DNA from: Alphaproteobacteria bacterium
GTDB taxonomy: Bacteria; Pseudomonadota; Alphaproteobacteria; SHVP01
Length of the DNA stretch: 64,000 bases
NCBI GenBank assembly: GCA_038121105.1
Contig: JAYONB010000005.1
Location: forward strand, 130,274-194,273
Direction of reading: 5' to 3'
Positions within the stretch are counted from its first letter, which is position 1, and each line of letters starts with the position of its first letter. The translations under genes and the position numbers were made by a program. This document shows positions 63,220 to 64,000 of the stretch, piece by piece. Under the pieces are notes generated by a model. It worked only from the letters and a program-made list of their open reading frames with translations, did no database searches and had not been told where the DNA came from.

Positions 63220-64000
63220 ATGAAAGCGCTTGTCATAAAGGAGCGTCAGGCCCACGAGAAACGGGTCGCGGCGACTCCCGAGACAGCAAAGAAATTTGCC
63301 GCGCTGGGCGTTCAACTCGTGGTCGAGGCCGGTGCGGGCCTTAACGCGAACATCCCCGATAAAGCCTACCGCGACGCGGGCGCTGAGGTTGTCGACGATG
63401 TCGCATCGGTGACCGACGTCGACCTATTACTTGCCGTTCAGCGACCCGCAGGCAACGGCGCGGACCCCGTTCAGTGTCTAAAGAAAAGTGGCGTGCTCGT
63501 CGGTATGCTTGCGCCGACGGCGGAACCGGATCGCGTACAGGCTTTTGCCGATCGCGGGGTCTCCGCGTTCTCGCTTGAATTCCTACCTCGGATCACCCGG
63601 GCGCAAAGCATGGATGTGCTCTCGTCCCAATCGAATCTTGCCGGCTACAAGGCGGTATTGGACGCGGCCGACGTCTACGACCGTGTGATGCCGATGATGA
63701 TGACGGCCGCTGGTACTGTGGCGCCGGCAAAGGTCTTTGTCCTCGGGGCCGGCGTTGCCGGACTCCAGGCCATCGCGACGGCCCGCCGCCTCGGCGCGAT
63801 CGTGTCGGCGACCGACGTGCGTCCTGTCGCTAAGGAACAAGTCGAATCGCTGGGCGCGAAGTTCGTCATGGTCGAATCGGCAGAGCAAGAAGACGCTGAA
63901 ACCGAAGGCGGATATGCGCGCGAAATGAGCGCCGAATACCAAGAAAAACAGCAAGAACTGGTGCGCACGACGTTGGAAAAATCCGATATCGCGATCTGCA
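63220..64000 (+). CDS. pntAA: NAD(P) transhydrogenase subunit alpha part 1 (dI domain), 5' partial at window end
   Basis: The ATG at 63220 is preceded by AGGA. The translation (MKALVIKERQAHEKRVAATPETAKKFAALGVQLVVEAGAG...VFVLGAGVAGLQAIATARRLGA) matches the PntAA dI domain. The ORF runs off the window. Confidence 0.9.
   Translation, partial: MKALVIKERQAHEKRVAATPETAKKFAALGVQLVVEAGAGLNANIPDKAYRDAGAEVVDDVASVTDVDLLLAVQRPAGNGADPVQCLKKSGVLVGMLAPTAEPDRVQAFADRGVSAFSLEFLPRITRAQSMDVLSSQSNLAGYKAVLDAADVYDRVMPMMMTAAGTVAPAKVFVLGAGVAGLQAIATARRLGAIVSATDVRPVAKEQVESLGAKFVMVESAEQEDAETEGGYAREMSAEYQEKQQELVRTTLEKSDIAIC

Overview
This 64 kb window, about 62% GC, is syntenic core chromosome of an alphaproteobacterium. 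Gene content and order suggest a Rhodospirillales-like organism, although that placement rests on family-level recognition from memory. It is densely coding: I can support about 60 protein genes, one tRNA-Val(GAC) and a short rpmJ (bL36) gene that the ORF track missed. Many genes overlap by 4 or 8 nt (ATGA, GTGA, ATGAGTGA), so they are probably translationally coupled. There are no CRISPR arrays, IS elements, prophage or integrase-flanked islands. xerD sits among housekeeping genes and is the chromosomal dimer-resolution recombinase. Housekeeping landmarks include a cobT-cobS-like pair next to a J-domain protein and bolA, then aroK-aroB, xerD-accA, secA, argJ, lysC, ptsP, ispG, hisS, prfA-prmC, clpB, pyk, ubiG, grxC, an indolepyruvate ferredoxin oxidoreductase and the start of pntAA. 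Alpha-specific DUF proteins are also present (DUF1178, DUF4167, DUF1491, DUF1244, DUF2312/GapR, DUF72). The most system-like unexplained loci are listed below.
1) An AmmeMemoRadiSam locus in which protein B (Memo-like) and protein A (AMMECR1) are fused in one ORF. The radical SAM partner is divergent, and a perfect 9-1-9 palindrome sits in the 52-bp intergenic region.
2) A translationally coupled cluster: N-formylglutamate-amidohydrolase-family protein, YbdK/GCS2 carboxylate-amine ligase, DUF1244, GapR-like protein and a small membrane protein. A second FGase-family paralog lies 8 kb upstream.
3) An intergenic stretch of four hairpins ending in a strong plus-strand intrinsic terminator with no plus-strand gene upstream, which is a candidate sRNA.
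4) A DUF72 gene interrupted by an in-frame TAG, with its conserved C-terminus continuing in frame.
5) A GNAT + GNAT-Nudix(MutT) tandem and fusion after argJ.
6) A coupled epimerase, hotdog, hotdog, M3 oligoendopeptidase and small winged-helix-like protein operon.
All functional calls come from reading the translated sequences and recognising motifs. No database searches were run.
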